DNA of 64,000 nt from Cyanobacteriota bacterium (GCA_033764955.1 JANRIL010000024.1:32001-96000), one strand, 5' to 3'; shown: positions 30,322 to 40,564, numbered from the stretch's first letter. Program-made: numbers and translations. Notes: generated by a model not told the origin, from the sequence alone.

Positions 30322-30897
30322 ATGTCCAGACCGCATTCCTCTACTCACCCCACATCCCGTAGCCATCTTGGGCGACAGATTGTTATGGCGTTATGGGTTA
30401 TTAACCTCGGCACATTGGCGGCGGGGATCCTACCCCTCAAGGCGGCGGCACAGTCTGGCTTTGTCATTACGGGTAGTGAGGATGTGCCGGTTCTGTCCTA
30501 CAAACTCGACTTTCGAGGCGTTCGAGATAAGATAGACCGCTATCGACTGGATATCCCCCCACAGGATGTGGCCGTGGCGGAGGTGCAGATCAGTGGTCCC
30601 CCCAACTTTGATGGCAAAATTGATCCCGAAGAGGTGCGCTTAGAGGTGGAAGGCCAATCCGTTCCCCTTTCGGAGGTTTACTGGAACGAGGAATTTCGTT
30701 CGCTAGAGGTGATCACCGAGGAGCCAGTAGCAGCAGGCCAAAGCATGAGATTAATCCTTTCCCAGGTACGCAATCCCTCAAAAATAGGAGAGTATCGGTT
30801 TGTGGGGCGGCTGCTAGGCACGGAGGCTAATCCCCTATTTCGCACCATTGGCAACTGGATCATTTCTATCGATCAGTTTGAACGAACAGGTTTTTAA
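30322..30897 (+). CDS. DUF2808-like exported protein
   Basis: Signal peptide, LSYKLDF, DRYRL, VRNPS, IGNWIISI. Confidence 0.7.
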   Translation: MSRPHSSTHPTSRSHLGRQIVMALWVINLGTLAAGILPLKAAAQSGFVITGSEDVPVLSYKLDFRGVRDKIDRYRLDIPPQDVAVAEVQISGPPNFDGKIDPEEVRLEVEGQSVPLSEVYWNEEFRSLEVITEEPVAAGQSMRLILSQVRNPSKIGEYRFVGRLLGTEANPLFRTIGNWIISIDQFERTGF

Positions 30898-30944
30898 CCC
30901 TTTCCGTCTGGTGCCCGATCCGCTTTCTCTAGAGGATTTTTCGT

Positions 30945-31802
30945 TTGTTCCATATCATTTGGCGGGGGGTTGCCGCTACCGATCTAGGGATCCCGAATGC
31001 TTGGCAAGCCTTAATTTTAGGGTTGGTGCAAGGGCTAACGGAGTTTTTGCCGATCAGCAGTACGGCGCATCTGCGGATTGTGCCGGCGGTACTGGGTTGG
31101 GCGGATCCGGGAGCTTCTTTTTCGGCGGTGATCCAACTGGGTAGTTTGCTGGCGGTACTGGTCTATTTTTGGACGGATCTGACTCATTTGGGGCAACAAT
31201 CCTGGCAGGCCATCCGCCAACGGGACTATCAAAATGATGCCTTGCGGGTGGTGTTGGGCATTGGGGTGGGAACGTTACCAATTGTGGTGGCGGGGTTAAC
31301 CATCAAGCTGATTTGGGGATCCCCTCCCCGCCAACTGACGGTGATTGCTCTGGCCTCGATTGGCTTAGCCCTGCTGCTGGCGGTGGCCGAACGCTATGGC
31401 AAACGGCAACGGGACTGGCAGGATCTGGGCTTTTGGGATGGCATTTGGGTAGGACTCGCTGAAGCCCTCGCCTTGATTCCAGGGGTTTCGCGCTCAGGAG
31501 CCACCTTGACAGCAGGGCTGTTTTGCCACCTAAAGCGGGAGACGGCGGCTCGTTACGCTTTTTTGTTAGGGATCCCGGCCTTAGCCCTGGCTGGGATTGT
31601 CGAGTTGGTTTCCGATTGGCAATGGACGGCTCTGGGATCCCAACTTTTGGGTACGCTCTCCGCTTTTGTCTTTTCCTATCTCTCCATTGATTTTCTGTTG
31701 AAATTTCTCCAGCGCAGCAGCACTTATATCTTCATTATTTATCGGGTGCTCTTGGGTTTAGCCATTTTGTTGGGGCTAGCAACCGGATTATTAAATCCTT
31801 GA
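30945..31802 (+). CDS. uppP: Undecaprenyl-diphosphatase (start uncertain)
   Basis: QGLTEFLPISSTAH, PGVSRSGAT. Confidence 0.93.
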   Translation: MFHIIWRGVAATDLGIPNAWQALILGLVQGLTEFLPISSTAHLRIVPAVLGWADPGASFSAVIQLGSLLAVLVYFWTDLTHLGQQSWQAIRQRDYQNDALRVVLGIGVGTLPIVVAGLTIKLIWGSPPRQLTVIALASIGLALLLAVAERYGKRQRDWQDLGFWDGIWVGLAEALALIPGVSRSGATLTAGLFCHLKRETAARYAFLLGIPALALAGIVELVSDWQWTALGSQLLGTLSAFVFSYLSIDFLLKFLQRSSTYIFIIYRVLLGLAILLGLATGLLNP

Positions 31803-32055
31803 GTTGGCAACGCTAGAGCCAGGATCCTCCCCTCAAGGCACAGCCTGAGAACCCGCCATCCCTCAGGTTGGGGGAGAAAGTCGAGGGGCTAAGTTTATCC
31901 GAAACTCGCCGCTACTCTGGGATCCCGTCAACAGAAAAATTTCACCGATGGCGAGTGGTGAAGAGGGATCCACAACGGGGGATGATAAAGAAGTCTCAGC
32001 AAGCCATATCTTTGCTCGACATTCTTTACGTTTGTGCAGATGGGAGAGTTTAGCG

Positions 32056-32508
32056 ATGTCAAATCCGGTCAATAGTGCAGAACAATTGCTCAAAGCTTAC
32101 GCTTCGGGTCAACGGGAATTTGCCAAATCTAACCTGAGTGGAGCCAGTCTGAGTGGTGTCGATCTGAGCGGTATTGATCTGAGTGGCGCTAATTTGCAGG
32201 GGGTGGATTTGCGGGAGAGCAATCTCAGTCGGGCTAACCTGGCTCATGCTGATCTGCGGGGAGCTAGACTACGCCGTACTAACCTGATTGGAGCCAACCT
32301 CAAGGAAGCCGACTTTCGGGGAGCGAATATGTATCGCGCCAAGCTCAACAAAGCCAACCTGAGCGGAGCCGATCTCAACAAAGCCGATCTGAGAATTGGT
32401 GCTGATCTGCGGGAGGCTGAGATTGCTGGCACCAACTTCAAAGGGGCATTTTACGATGAATACACCAAGTTTCCCGATGGCTTCAGCCCCCCCGAAGCAG
32501 GTATGTAA
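32056..32508 (+). CDS. Pentapeptide repeat protein
   Basis: Tandem A(D/N)Lxx repeats; C-terminal YDEYTKFPDGF. Confidence 0.9.
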   Translation: MSNPVNSAEQLLKAYASGQREFAKSNLSGASLSGVDLSGIDLSGANLQGVDLRESNLSRANLAHADLRGARLRRTNLIGANLKEADFRGANMYRAKLNKANLSGADLNKADLRIGADLREAEIAGTNFKGAFYDEYTKFPDGFSPPEAGM

Positions 32509-32533
32509 AACCTTGCCCTCACCCAAAATTCCT

Positions 32534-32625
32534 GCTTGTTCAGGAATTATCCATGACACGCCAGGGATCGGGATCCCCCTAAATTCCCCTTAAAAAGGGA
32601 GGCTTTGCATCCTTTCCCCCTTTGA
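32534..32625 (+). repeat. Dispersed ~95-bp repeat, inverted copy at ~42688-42784
   Basis: gcttgttca-N-aattatc-N-atgacacgc-N-agggatcgggatccccc...ccccttaaaaag...ctttgcatcc is shared by both loci. Confidence 0.8.
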
Positions 32626-32676
32626 TAAGGGGGTTAGAGGGGCGCTCCCTTTTGCTTTGCTAAAGATCAACACCAC

Positions 32677-33657
32677 CTAGTCCAAATGCAATTGGGCAAT
32701 TGTTTGTTGCAAAATTTCCCCAGAACGAGAGAGTTGCTGTTGCTCGGAAGGGGTGAGAGAAAGGGACAACACGCGGGACACGCCCTGCCGATCCACAATC
32801 GCAGGTAAGCTGAGGCAGACTTCTTTCATGCCATACTGACCCGTGAGTAGGCTGCTGATGGTCAAGACCCGCCGTTGATTGTGTAGCACAGCCTCGACGA
32901 TTTGGGTTACCCCCAGACCAATCGCATAACTGGTGGCTCCTTTGCGCTTGATGATCTCATAGGCGGCGTTTCTCACCTGCTCATAGATCTGGTCAATTTC
33001 CTGCTGACGAACGGGATCCTGCCATTCGGGGAACAAATCGGTGATGGAGGTTCCGACTACGTTGACCTTGCTCCAGACCGCCACCTCACTGTCGCCATGC
33101 TCGCCGATAATGTAGGCATGGAGACTACGCGGATCCACCTGAATTTTTTCGGCCAGCAGATAGCGAAAACGAGCGGTATCCAAGACAGTGCCGGATCCCA
33201 TGACCTGACTGGCTGGAAACCCCGATAGCTTGAGGGAGACATAAGTCATGATGTCAACGGGATTGCTGACGATGAGCAGAATGGCATCAGCACAGTGCTC
33301 TACCACCTGCGGAATCAAGCTCTTGAAAATTTCGGCGTTCCGCTGCACCAGATCAAGGCGGGTTTCACCCGGGCGCTGTTTAGCTCCGGCGGTGATGATG
33401 ACGATATCGCAGCCTTGACAGTCAGCTAGAGATCCAGCGCTGATGCGGGTGGGTTGAATAAAAGGGATCCCATGCACCAGATCCATGACTTCGCCCTCCG
33501 CTTTATCCCGATTTTGGTCACAGATCACCAGTTCATCGAGGGTATTTTGGATCAACATGGCATAAGCACAAGCCATGCCCACTTGTCCGGCACCAATGAT
33601 CGCTCCTTTGTGCAGGCGACGATCCACAACCGCAGGGCTAGACCGCAAATTTTCCAT
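32677..33657 (-). CDS. ldh: L-lactate dehydrogenase
   Basis: [43 protein letters not shown]. Confidence 0.93.
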   Translation of the reverse strand: MENLRSSPAVVDRRLHKGAIIGAGQVGMACAYAMLIQNTLDELVICDQNRDKAEGEVMDLVHGIPFIQPTRISAGSLADCQGCDIVIITAGAKQRPGETRLDLVQRNAEIFKSLIPQVVEHCADAILLIVSNPVDIMTYVSLKLSGFPASQVMGSGTVLDTARFRYLLAEKIQVDPRSLHAYIIGEHGDSEVAVWSKVNVVGTSITDLFPEWQDPVRQQEIDQIYEQVRNAAYEIIKRKGATSYAIGLGVTQIVEAVLHNQRRVLTISSLLTGQYGMKEVCLSLPAIVDRQGVSRVLSLSLTPSEQQQLSRSGEILQQTIAQLHLD

Positions 33658-33819
33658 AACAGACCCCCAAGGCAATTCCACTAGTCTAGACAGAAAAAAC
33701 ATATCATTCCTTCGCAGGAACGTTTTTTATTCTGTTAGAAATATGGTGGGTTTGGGCACTGAAACTGTCCTCAATTAGGGTTCAGTTGTGTTTCTAGTTC
33801 AGAGCTTAACCTCATCGTC

Positions 33820-34050
33820 GTCACGAACCCGACGCTGCCCTAAGCCCTTCGGTCAGGCTACGCCAACGGGAGAGCGCGGGCTTGTAAACAGCCAGGTTTA
33901 CAACGCAAGTCGTGACTAGACCATAAGCCAGCTAGATTGCACGGACTTCCGAGCGTTTTCCTAACTCGGATTGCCTCTAAACCCTCTGGCTGAGGGTGCT
34001 TGCAGAAAGGACATTAATCTATTTGGTGGTCGAAGGAACAAGTTGTTTTT
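33820..34050 (+). ncRNA. omegaRNA scaffold (guide predicted immediately 5', in the flank)
   Basis: 5' GTCACGA pairs with TCGTGAC (33910-33916), followed by TAGACC; stems tccgag/ctcgga and accctc/gagggt; GGTCGAAGG before the ORF. Confidence 0.75.
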
Positions 34051-34062
34051 GGATTATCTCCA

Positions 34063-35154
34063 ATGAACCCCAGCAGTCGCATTCCAGTATTAGCTCCAGA
34101 CGATACGCCACTGATGCCAACCTTGTACCGCAGGGCGCAAGCATGGGTAGATTCTGGCAAAGCCGAATGGGTCAGCAATGACCTCAACATTAAAGCTGTG
34201 CGTTTATATCAAGAGCCGTTTAGCCGCAACACTCAACCCATCGTGGTTGGCATCGACCCAGGTAAAAAGTTTTCAGGCATTGCCGTCCAATCCAGTCTCT
34301 TCACCTTGTTCAGCGCTCATCTGATTCTGCCCTTCCCGTCCGTCACTAAAAAGATGACGGGCAGGCGTATTCTCAGACGAGCGAGAAGGGGCAGACGCAT
34401 CAACCGCAAAGTGGCTTTCCATCTACGTGCTCACAGACAAAAACGGTTTGATAATCGCAGGCAAAAGAAGTTGGTGCCGTCAATTCGTGCCAATCGTGAA
34501 CTTGAGTTGCGACTGGTCAAAGAATTGTTGCGTCTATTTCCCGTCAGCACCATTGTTTACGAATACATTGAAGCCAGAGGAGATAAAGCTTTCAGCCCGG
34601 TGATGGTAGGGCAAAAAGTCATGCTGGAGCGACTACGCCAACTGGCTCCCACAACCACACAATTCGGCTGGGAAACGGCTAAACTCCGCACTCATCTAAA
34701 TCTGGTCAAACAAAAGGCTGATAAGTCCGCACAGACCCCCCAAACTCATGCGGTAGATGGTATTGCTCTTGCTGCGAGTCAGTTTGTGCAATACAAAGCC
34801 TTTTACACCACTCAGACACATGGGCATGACTGGGCGGGAACCGTGCGGCCAACGGCCTCTCCCTTTCGTGTGATTGCCCGTCCTAACCTGTTTCGCCGTC
34901 AACTCCACTTCGAGAACTTTGGCAAGGGTGGAATTAGAAAACGCAAGGGTGGCACTGTCACGCCATTCGGCTTCCGCTCTGGTGATTTTGTCGAAGCTGA
35001 AAAGGCTGGCAGAGTCTATCGCGGCTGGATTGGCGGCTTTAGTGAAGCCAGTAAAGTCGTTTCGGTGTATGACCACAACTGGCATCGACTAGGGCAATTC
35101 AAAGCGAACAAAGTCAACCTCATCAAGCGGAGTACAAAACTGTGTGTAGCGTAA
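34063..35154 (+). CDS. isrB: IsrB RNA-guided nickase (RRXRR family)
   Basis: PLMP, RuvC-I GIDPG, Arg-rich bridge helix RRARRGRR, RuvC-II VYE, RuvC-III HAVDG; no HNH/CxxC; 363 aa. Confidence 0.85.
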   Translation: MNPSSRIPVLAPDDTPLMPTLYRRAQAWVDSGKAEWVSNDLNIKAVRLYQEPFSRNTQPIVVGIDPGKKFSGIAVQSSLFTLFSAHLILPFPSVTKKMTGRRILRRARRGRRINRKVAFHLRAHRQKRFDNRRQKKLVPSIRANRELELRLVKELLRLFPVSTIVYEYIEARGDKAFSPVMVGQKVMLERLRQLAPTTTQFGWETAKLRTHLNLVKQKADKSAQTPQTHAVDGIALAASQFVQYKAFYTTQTHGHDWAGTVRPTASPFRVIARPNLFRRQLHFENFGKGGIRKRKGGTVTPFGFRSGDFVEAEKAGRVYRGWIGGFSEASKVVSVYDHNWHRLGQFKANKVNLIKRSTKLCVA

Positions 35155-35523
35155 ACCCATTGTCCGGCTCCGTCCCTGCGCCGGACTCGCATTCCTCCCG
35201 ACGCTCCCCTAAGCCCTTCAGGCAGGCTACGCCAACAGGAGCGCGCGGGACTCCTGCTGTTTTAGTTGAAGAAAACTAAGCAGAGAATTAGGAAGCAAAA
35301 GCCACTAGCTCCCATCCCATAGCAGCAAACCTTAATCAGGGTAGAGGCAGAAATTCGCGGCAAGAGACGGATTGGAAGGGATGCTATAGCGTGGATGGGC
35401 ATATTTTGCTTGTCAAGGATGGGGATGCCTCGTCGATAGGATTTACCGACGAGGCATCCCAGTTGATGGGTAGGGGGATCCCGGCATTTCACCCATAAAA
35501 TTTGCCCATAAAAATGGCATGAC

Positions 35524-36030
35524 TCAAAGCTCGGTCATGCCAATCACATATTTTGACCATTCGCGGTGGGTGCCACTCCTGACCACCTTAGAAATCTCAA
35601 AGTAGAGGCTGCTGTGGGGGCGGCGAGGGGGACGCAAGAGGGGCATGTCGGCTTCGCGGGGGGTACGGCTGCCCTTCTTGACATTGCAGCGGACACAGGC
35701 ACTCACGACGTTATCCCAACTATCTCCCCCCCCACGGGAACGGGGAATCACATGATCAATCGTCAGGTCTTCGCCGGAACAGCCGCAATACTGGCAACTA
35801 TGACCATCCCGATACATGACATTGCGCCGCGTCAGGGGAATTTCTTTGTAGGGGACACTCACGTAATGGCGCAACCGAATCACCGTGGGCAAAGGAACAT
35901 CCCCATACACTCGCCGCCCATTATGCTCCACCTGCTCTGCCTTTCCTTTAAGCAAGAGGACAACGGCTCTCCGCCAACTGGTGATGTTGAGCGGTTCATA
36001 GGATGCGTTGAGAACCAGAACTTTACTCAT
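35524..36030 (-). CDS. HNH endonuclease (McrA-like)
   Basis: VLVLNASYEPL, RDGHSCQYCG, TIDHVIPRSRGG, CVRCNVKK. Confidence 0.92.
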   Translation of the reverse strand: MSKVLVLNASYEPLNITSWRRAVVLLLKGKAEQVEHNGRRVYGDVPLPTVIRLRHYVSVPYKEIPLTRRNVMYRDGHSCQYCGCSGEDLTIDHVIPRSRGGGDSWDNVVSACVRCNVKKGSRTPREADMPLLRPPRRPHSSLYFEISKVVRSGTHREWSKYVIGMTEL

Positions 36031-36299
36031 CAGTAGGCTAAAAAAGTTAGGGGGAGTGCCATCCTCACAGGTAAAGAGGAATTAAGCAAAATGCTAACAG
36101 GCGGGTTTTGCTCCTGCCTAGTCTCTATCATGCCCTGTCTTCCCCCCTCTGGGTTAGTTTTCGGATGGTGGGGGTCGTTGGGTTGTGATGGGTCTGGGGT
36201 TCTGTCTATCTGAAAATAACGACGAAATATGATCAGGGATCCGCCAAGACGGCGCAGGGAATTTATCCCTGAGAGTTTCAAATGACTGGATCTGCGTAT

Positions 36300-38342
36300 T
36301 TACCTGGCTTGGGATCCCTTTTCCTCTCCTCTTAGCCCACCACTTTTCAGTCCAGCCACTGGCAAGACAAAGTGAAAGGCGCTCCCCTGCTGCTCGCCCG
36401 CCGACTCCGCCCAGATCTGCCCGCCCATCGCCTCGATAATCAGACGGCAAATCGCCAAGCCTAAACCTGTTCCTCCCACCGAGCGGCGGAGGGATCCCTC
36501 CGCTTGATAAAACCGATCAAAGATGGCTTCCAGGCGATCCTGAGCGATGCCCCGTCCGGTGTCAGCAATTGTGAAACGAACGGTGGGGATCCCTGGGATC
36601 CGCTCCATCTGCCCTGCGGATGGCTGGCTCACCCGCACCCAAATCTGCCCCTCGGCGGGCGTAAATTTGCAGGCATTATCCAACAACTTACGCAGCACCT
36701 CCACCAACCATTCCCCATCCGCACTCACCCAGGGCAGTCCTTCCGGCAACTCCAGATCAATGCTGGGCAACACCTGCTGGCGACGGCGGGCATTCAGGTT
36801 GCTGACCGCCAGTTCCACACATTCTTCCGGCGACACCGCCTCAATATGCCACTGAATTCGACCACTTTCCAGCTTCGAGAGAGTAAGAAAATCTTGCACC
36901 AATTGGCGAAGCCGTCCCGCATCCTGCAAGGCCGTGTCCAACATTTCCTGGCGCACCGCCAACGGCATGTCGGGATCCGCCGCTAGGGACTCCAGGCAAA
37001 CCTGGATAGTGGAGAGAGGGGTCCGTAATTCGTGACCGGTCACAGCAATCAGATCACTTTTCGCTTGATCGAGGGCGGCCAATTGATGATTGAGTTCATC
37101 CAAATGTTGATAAGCTTCCGCCTGGATGAGCGCCACCCCCACCTGAAAAGCAATCCCCTCCGCCAACTCCACCACCGAGGGATCCCAGGGCTGGGGTTGC
37201 GCTTGGTGCAGCTCCAACAGACCCAACAAGCGATCTTGGTAGAGCATGGGTACGGCTAACCAAGCCCCAATCCCCCAGGTTTGCCAAGCAACGGTAGCTA
37301 AACGAGGATCCCGGCTGCTATCCGTCGCCAGCACAAATTCCCCAGCGGTCATGGCCTCCTGTAAAAAGGGATTTCCAGCCAGTAGCCAGTCTTGGGTCTG
37401 TAGACTGGCCGTGTCCGGTTGGCAATATTCATGCTTCACCTGCACATAGGCTTGATCCCTCTGGCAGCGATAGATCAGACAACGAGCAACAGCCGTGGCT
37501 TGCCCCAGTTCCTGCACCGCAATGTGCAGAATTTGGCTGGGATCCAAAGAGCGGCGGATAGCGGTGCTAATTCGATTCACCAAGCGTTCTTTGCGCTCTT
37601 GCAGTTGGATCGCTTTGTAGGTGCGCTGCAATTTGTATTGTCCCGCCTGCAAGTAGGTAATCAACCGTTCTGCGAAGGGGGCAGGGTTGAGATGGTAGCC
37701 ATTACGGGTTACAGAATCCTCCCATCGGTTTCGCAGACCATCCAGCAGCGGGTACAAATCCGGTCGGTAGGCCAAAATTTTGGGGATAAGATGGAGGGCT
37801 GCTTGATAAGCCACGGGGGGATCAAAAGACCAGATGCCCTCAAACTGGCGAGCCATATCGGGATCCCGACCATTGCTGCTGCTGGGGGCGCGCAGGAGTC
37901 GCTCTCGGCAAACTAGGCAGGTGGCGTAGGCGGGATCCAACACAATCAGATGCCATTCTTGGGTGAGGGGATCCGCCTCATCTAAAGCAACTGTTTGGTA
38001 GGGAGTAGGGGTTTGGGAAAAATCCGTTTCTGGCATGGCCAGCACATACACCTGCTCAGCTATTTGGCTAATCCGTTGATAACGACGGGCTTCTTGTCGG
38101 TAATAGCGCTCCTTTTGAAAATTGGCAAACACCACCGGATGGCTTTGCCCCGAAAGCACTTGATCCTCCATGGCATGACTAAGGGCAACCAAAGAAGATT
38201 TGAAGTAAAGCTGGGGGTGGAGTTGGGGGAGAGCCGCCAATAGATCCGCCAGTAGAGAAGTGCGTTGGGGGTGGGCAAGGGGGGGCGGGGGTATCGGCAT
38301 ACAAGGCTCAGGCAGCACTTTTGGGATCCGCGACGGTAGCAA
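36300..38342 (-). CDS. DICT-GAF sensor histidine kinase
   Basis: YFKSSLVALSHAMED and QEWHLIV (DICT), GAF, GHELRTPL, NACKF, GGTGLGL. Confidence 0.88.
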   Translation of the reverse strand: MLPSRIPKVLPEPCMPIPPPPLAHPQRTSLLADLLAALPQLHPQLYFKSSLVALSHAMEDQVLSGQSHPVVFANFQKERYYRQEARRYQRISQIAEQVYVLAMPETDFSQTPTPYQTVALDEADPLTQEWHLIVLDPAYATCLVCRERLLRAPSSSNGRDPDMARQFEGIWSFDPPVAYQAALHLIPKILAYRPDLYPLLDGLRNRWEDSVTRNGYHLNPAPFAERLITYLQAGQYKLQRTYKAIQLQERKERLVNRISTAIRRSLDPSQILHIAVQELGQATAVARCLIYRCQRDQAYVQVKHEYCQPDTASLQTQDWLLAGNPFLQEAMTAGEFVLATDSSRDPRLATVAWQTWGIGAWLAVPMLYQDRLLGLLELHQAQPQPWDPSVVELAEGIAFQVGVALIQAEAYQHLDELNHQLAALDQAKSDLIAVTGHELRTPLSTIQVCLESLAADPDMPLAVRQEMLDTALQDAGRLRQLVQDFLTLSKLESGRIQWHIEAVSPEECVELAVSNLNARRRQQVLPSIDLELPEGLPWVSADGEWLVEVLRKLLDNACKFTPAEGQIWVRVSQPSAGQMERIPGIPTVRFTIADTGRGIAQDRLEAIFDRFYQAEGSLRRSVGGTGLGLAICRLIIEAMGGQIWAESAGEQQGSAFHFVLPVAGLKSGGLRGEEKGSQAR

Positions 38343-38438
38343 TCAACAGCAGAGAAACACTGACCGTCCAGCCACCTCTGCCCGTGTGGTTAGTTTAGCG
38401 ATTTACTTCCCTCTTTTTGGAAGCTGCTTAACGATTCC

Positions 38439-39248
38439 TCACCCCAGCACAATAAACTCTAAAGCCCGCAAAACTTCAAACCAATCCCTCGTTTCCAGAC
38501 GAACGGTTTGTTCTCCCACCAAACTGGCACTCGGATAAAAGGATTTCCGATAGGCTCTGGGGGGATGTTTGTAGGTCACTTCTAAAACAAACCAATCGGG
38601 CAAGGGTTGGGCGGTAATTTGCAAGTGTTGCCGTTTGTCGAGGGCACGCTCGACCCCGGCGCGAATCTGTTGAGTCGCTAGGCGGGTGTGAATGGATCGC
38701 GTGGATTCTCCTCTGCCCTTGAGGGTAGCCACTGTTTCGATCTGGGGGTCATAGGCGGTGACGGCAGCACAGAGATCCCCATCCCCCGCCACAAAGATGG
38801 TGGGTACCCCCTCATAGGCGGCTGTCCAGGTGACAAGGTGAAACTCGGCAATCGGCTGATGATTGATGCAAATCTGTGTAACCTCGGTGGTGTAGGTATG
38901 GGCTAGCGGATTGGCGGCGGATCCCGCCCGTGAATGATATCCCACCAAGATGAGGGCATCAAAGCTGCGATCCAAATCCTGCACCATACAGTATGGATGG
39001 CCACTCCAGCCTCGGATCAGTTCTACGGGCGGTGGTAAGTGGTGGGGAGATAAATTGCGACCCGTATCATGGGCATCTTTTACCAAGATCTCGGTTGCTC
39101 CGGCAGCGATTGCCCCTTCACAGGCCGCTACCACTTCCTCTTGCATCTGCTGACGACAGGTTTCATAGTTCCATTTGCCGACGGTGGCATCATCCCAATG
39201 GCAAATCCCCGTAATCCCTTCGATGTCGGCACTAATGTAAACTTTCAT
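38439..39248 (-). CDS. D-aminopeptidase, M55 (DppA) family
   Basis: ISADIEG, DAH, GYHSRAG, LAHT. Confidence 0.9.
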   Translation of the reverse strand: MKVYISADIEGITGICHWDDATVGKWNYETCRQQMQEEVVAACEGAIAAGATEILVKDAHDTGRNLSPHHLPPPVELIRGWSGHPYCMVQDLDRSFDALILVGYHSRAGSAANPLAHTYTTEVTQICINHQPIAEFHLVTWTAAYEGVPTIFVAGDGDLCAAVTAYDPQIETVATLKGRGESTRSIHTRLATQQIRAGVERALDKRQHLQITAQPLPDWFVLEVTYKHPPRAYRKSFYPSASLVGEQTVRLETRDWFEVLRALEFIVLG

Positions 39249-39433
39249 ACCTTGATGTGATATTTTGTCAGGGCTTGGGGATAGTCGATACCGAAGAGAA
39301 ACTCTTGTCCTGAACAAAAATTGGCAAGAAGTCTTGGCCAACCTTTGCAGTGGAGCAGTGAGGAAAAACCCCTTAAGGATCTTATAATGTGAGAGCTAGA
39401 AGTTGTATGAAATTTAGCATCCTGGCTTCCAGT

Positions 39434-40564
39434 ATGTCTTTATCTGCCGATTGTCCTGCCACGCGCGTCTCCATTCAGCTTTTGTTGTTTGTGAATAGTC
39501 GGTCAGCCACGTTAGAGTTAGCCGAACAGATTCGCCTACACTTGCACCATCTGCAAGAAGCCTATCCCGTTGAACTGGAAGTAGTAGAGCTGGGAGAGCG
39601 TCCCTATTTGGCAGAACACTACAAGCTGGTGGCGATGCCCGCCCTCGTGAAGATTAGCCCTCTTCCTGCTCAGGTGTTGGCGGGAGGGGATCTCACCACC
39701 CAAATCGAGGTGTGGTGGCCGCGTTGGCAGGGGCAGGCGGCCTTGATGACCCAACAAAATCAGTCGGAGAGCCAACCGGATCGGCAACCTTCCCAACCCT
39801 CAGCCGCTTTTTTGCAATTGTCGGAAGAAGTTTTTCAGCTCAGACAAGAACAATCCCAATTGCAAGAACAGCTTGCTTTTAAGGATCGCATCTTGGCTAT
39901 GTTGGTGCATGATTTGCGTAGCCCTTTAACCGCTACATCAATTGCGATTGAGAGCCTACAGCAGGGAGAAATGGCAACTTTAGATCCTGCCACTACACAG
40001 CATCTTTTAGAGCAAGCCCGTCAGCAAATTCGCAAGATGGACTCGATGATTACCGATATTTTAGAGGCCGCACACGGAACTACTGCCGAATTAAAAATCA
40101 CCTCTAGCGAAGTGCAGTTAGGAGAACTATGCTGGTCCGTGATCCAAGACTTTATGCCTCGCATTCGTCGCCAGCAATTGACGCTACAAACGGATATTCC
40201 TACCGACTTACCGACAGTGCATGTGGATTGCGATAAGATCCGTCAGGTATTGGCTAATCTTTTGGATAATGCCATCAAATACAATACCCCTCAGGGCAAA
40301 ATTCATCTGTATGTTCTGCATCGCACAGCTCAAAAAGTACAGGTGACGGTCAGCGACACTGGCCCTGGCATTCCCGAGCCGGATCAAGAGCGAATCTTTA
40401 GCGATCAATTTCGCTTAGTTCGGGATCAACAGCAGGAGGGTTATGGAATTGGGCTGTCCTTGTGTCGCCGCATTATTCGTGCCCATTATGGACAAATCTG
40501 GGTGGATTCTCGTTTAGGTCAGGGCAGCAGTTTTCATTTCACACTACCTGTTTTTCGTACCTAG
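39434..40564 (+). CDS. sasA: Circadian output kinase SasA
   Basis: KaiB-like N-domain (PYLAEHYKLVAMPALVK), HDLRSPLTA, LHRTAQKVQV, GYGIGL. Confidence 0.9.
   Translation: MSLSADCPATRVSIQLLLFVNSRSATLELAEQIRLHLHHLQEAYPVELEVVELGERPYLAEHYKLVAMPALVKISPLPAQVLAGGDLTTQIEVWWPRWQGQAALMTQQNQSESQPDRQPSQPSAAFLQLSEEVFQLRQEQSQLQEQLAFKDRILAMLVHDLRSPLTATSIAIESLQQGEMATLDPATTQHLLEQARQQIRKMDSMITDILEAAHGTTAELKITSSEVQLGELCWSVIQDFMPRIRRQQLTLQTDIPTDLPTVHVDCDKIRQVLANLLDNAIKYNTPQGKIHLYVLHRTAQKVQVTVSDTGPGIPEPDQERIFSDQFRLVRDQQQEGYGIGLSLCRRIIRAHYGQIWVDSRLGQGSSFHFTLPVFRT

Larger units (their letters stand above)
33820..35265 (+). mobile_element. IS200/IS605-superfamily OMEGA element (IsrB, no TnpA)
   Basis: Directly repeated subterminal hairpins (33828-33880 and 35197-35249) flank an omegaRNA-like leader and a PLMP-RuvC ORF. 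End positions are inferred. Confidence 0.85.

Noticed and set aside
32056..32460. Periodic 15-bp nucleotide pattern
   Set aside because: Explained by pentapeptide-repeat coding.
34063..35154. Calling the ORF IscB, Cas9 or TnpB
   Set aside because: No HNH or CxxC between RuvC-II and RuvC-III and no CRISPR array; PLMP and the upstream RNA exclude TnpB.
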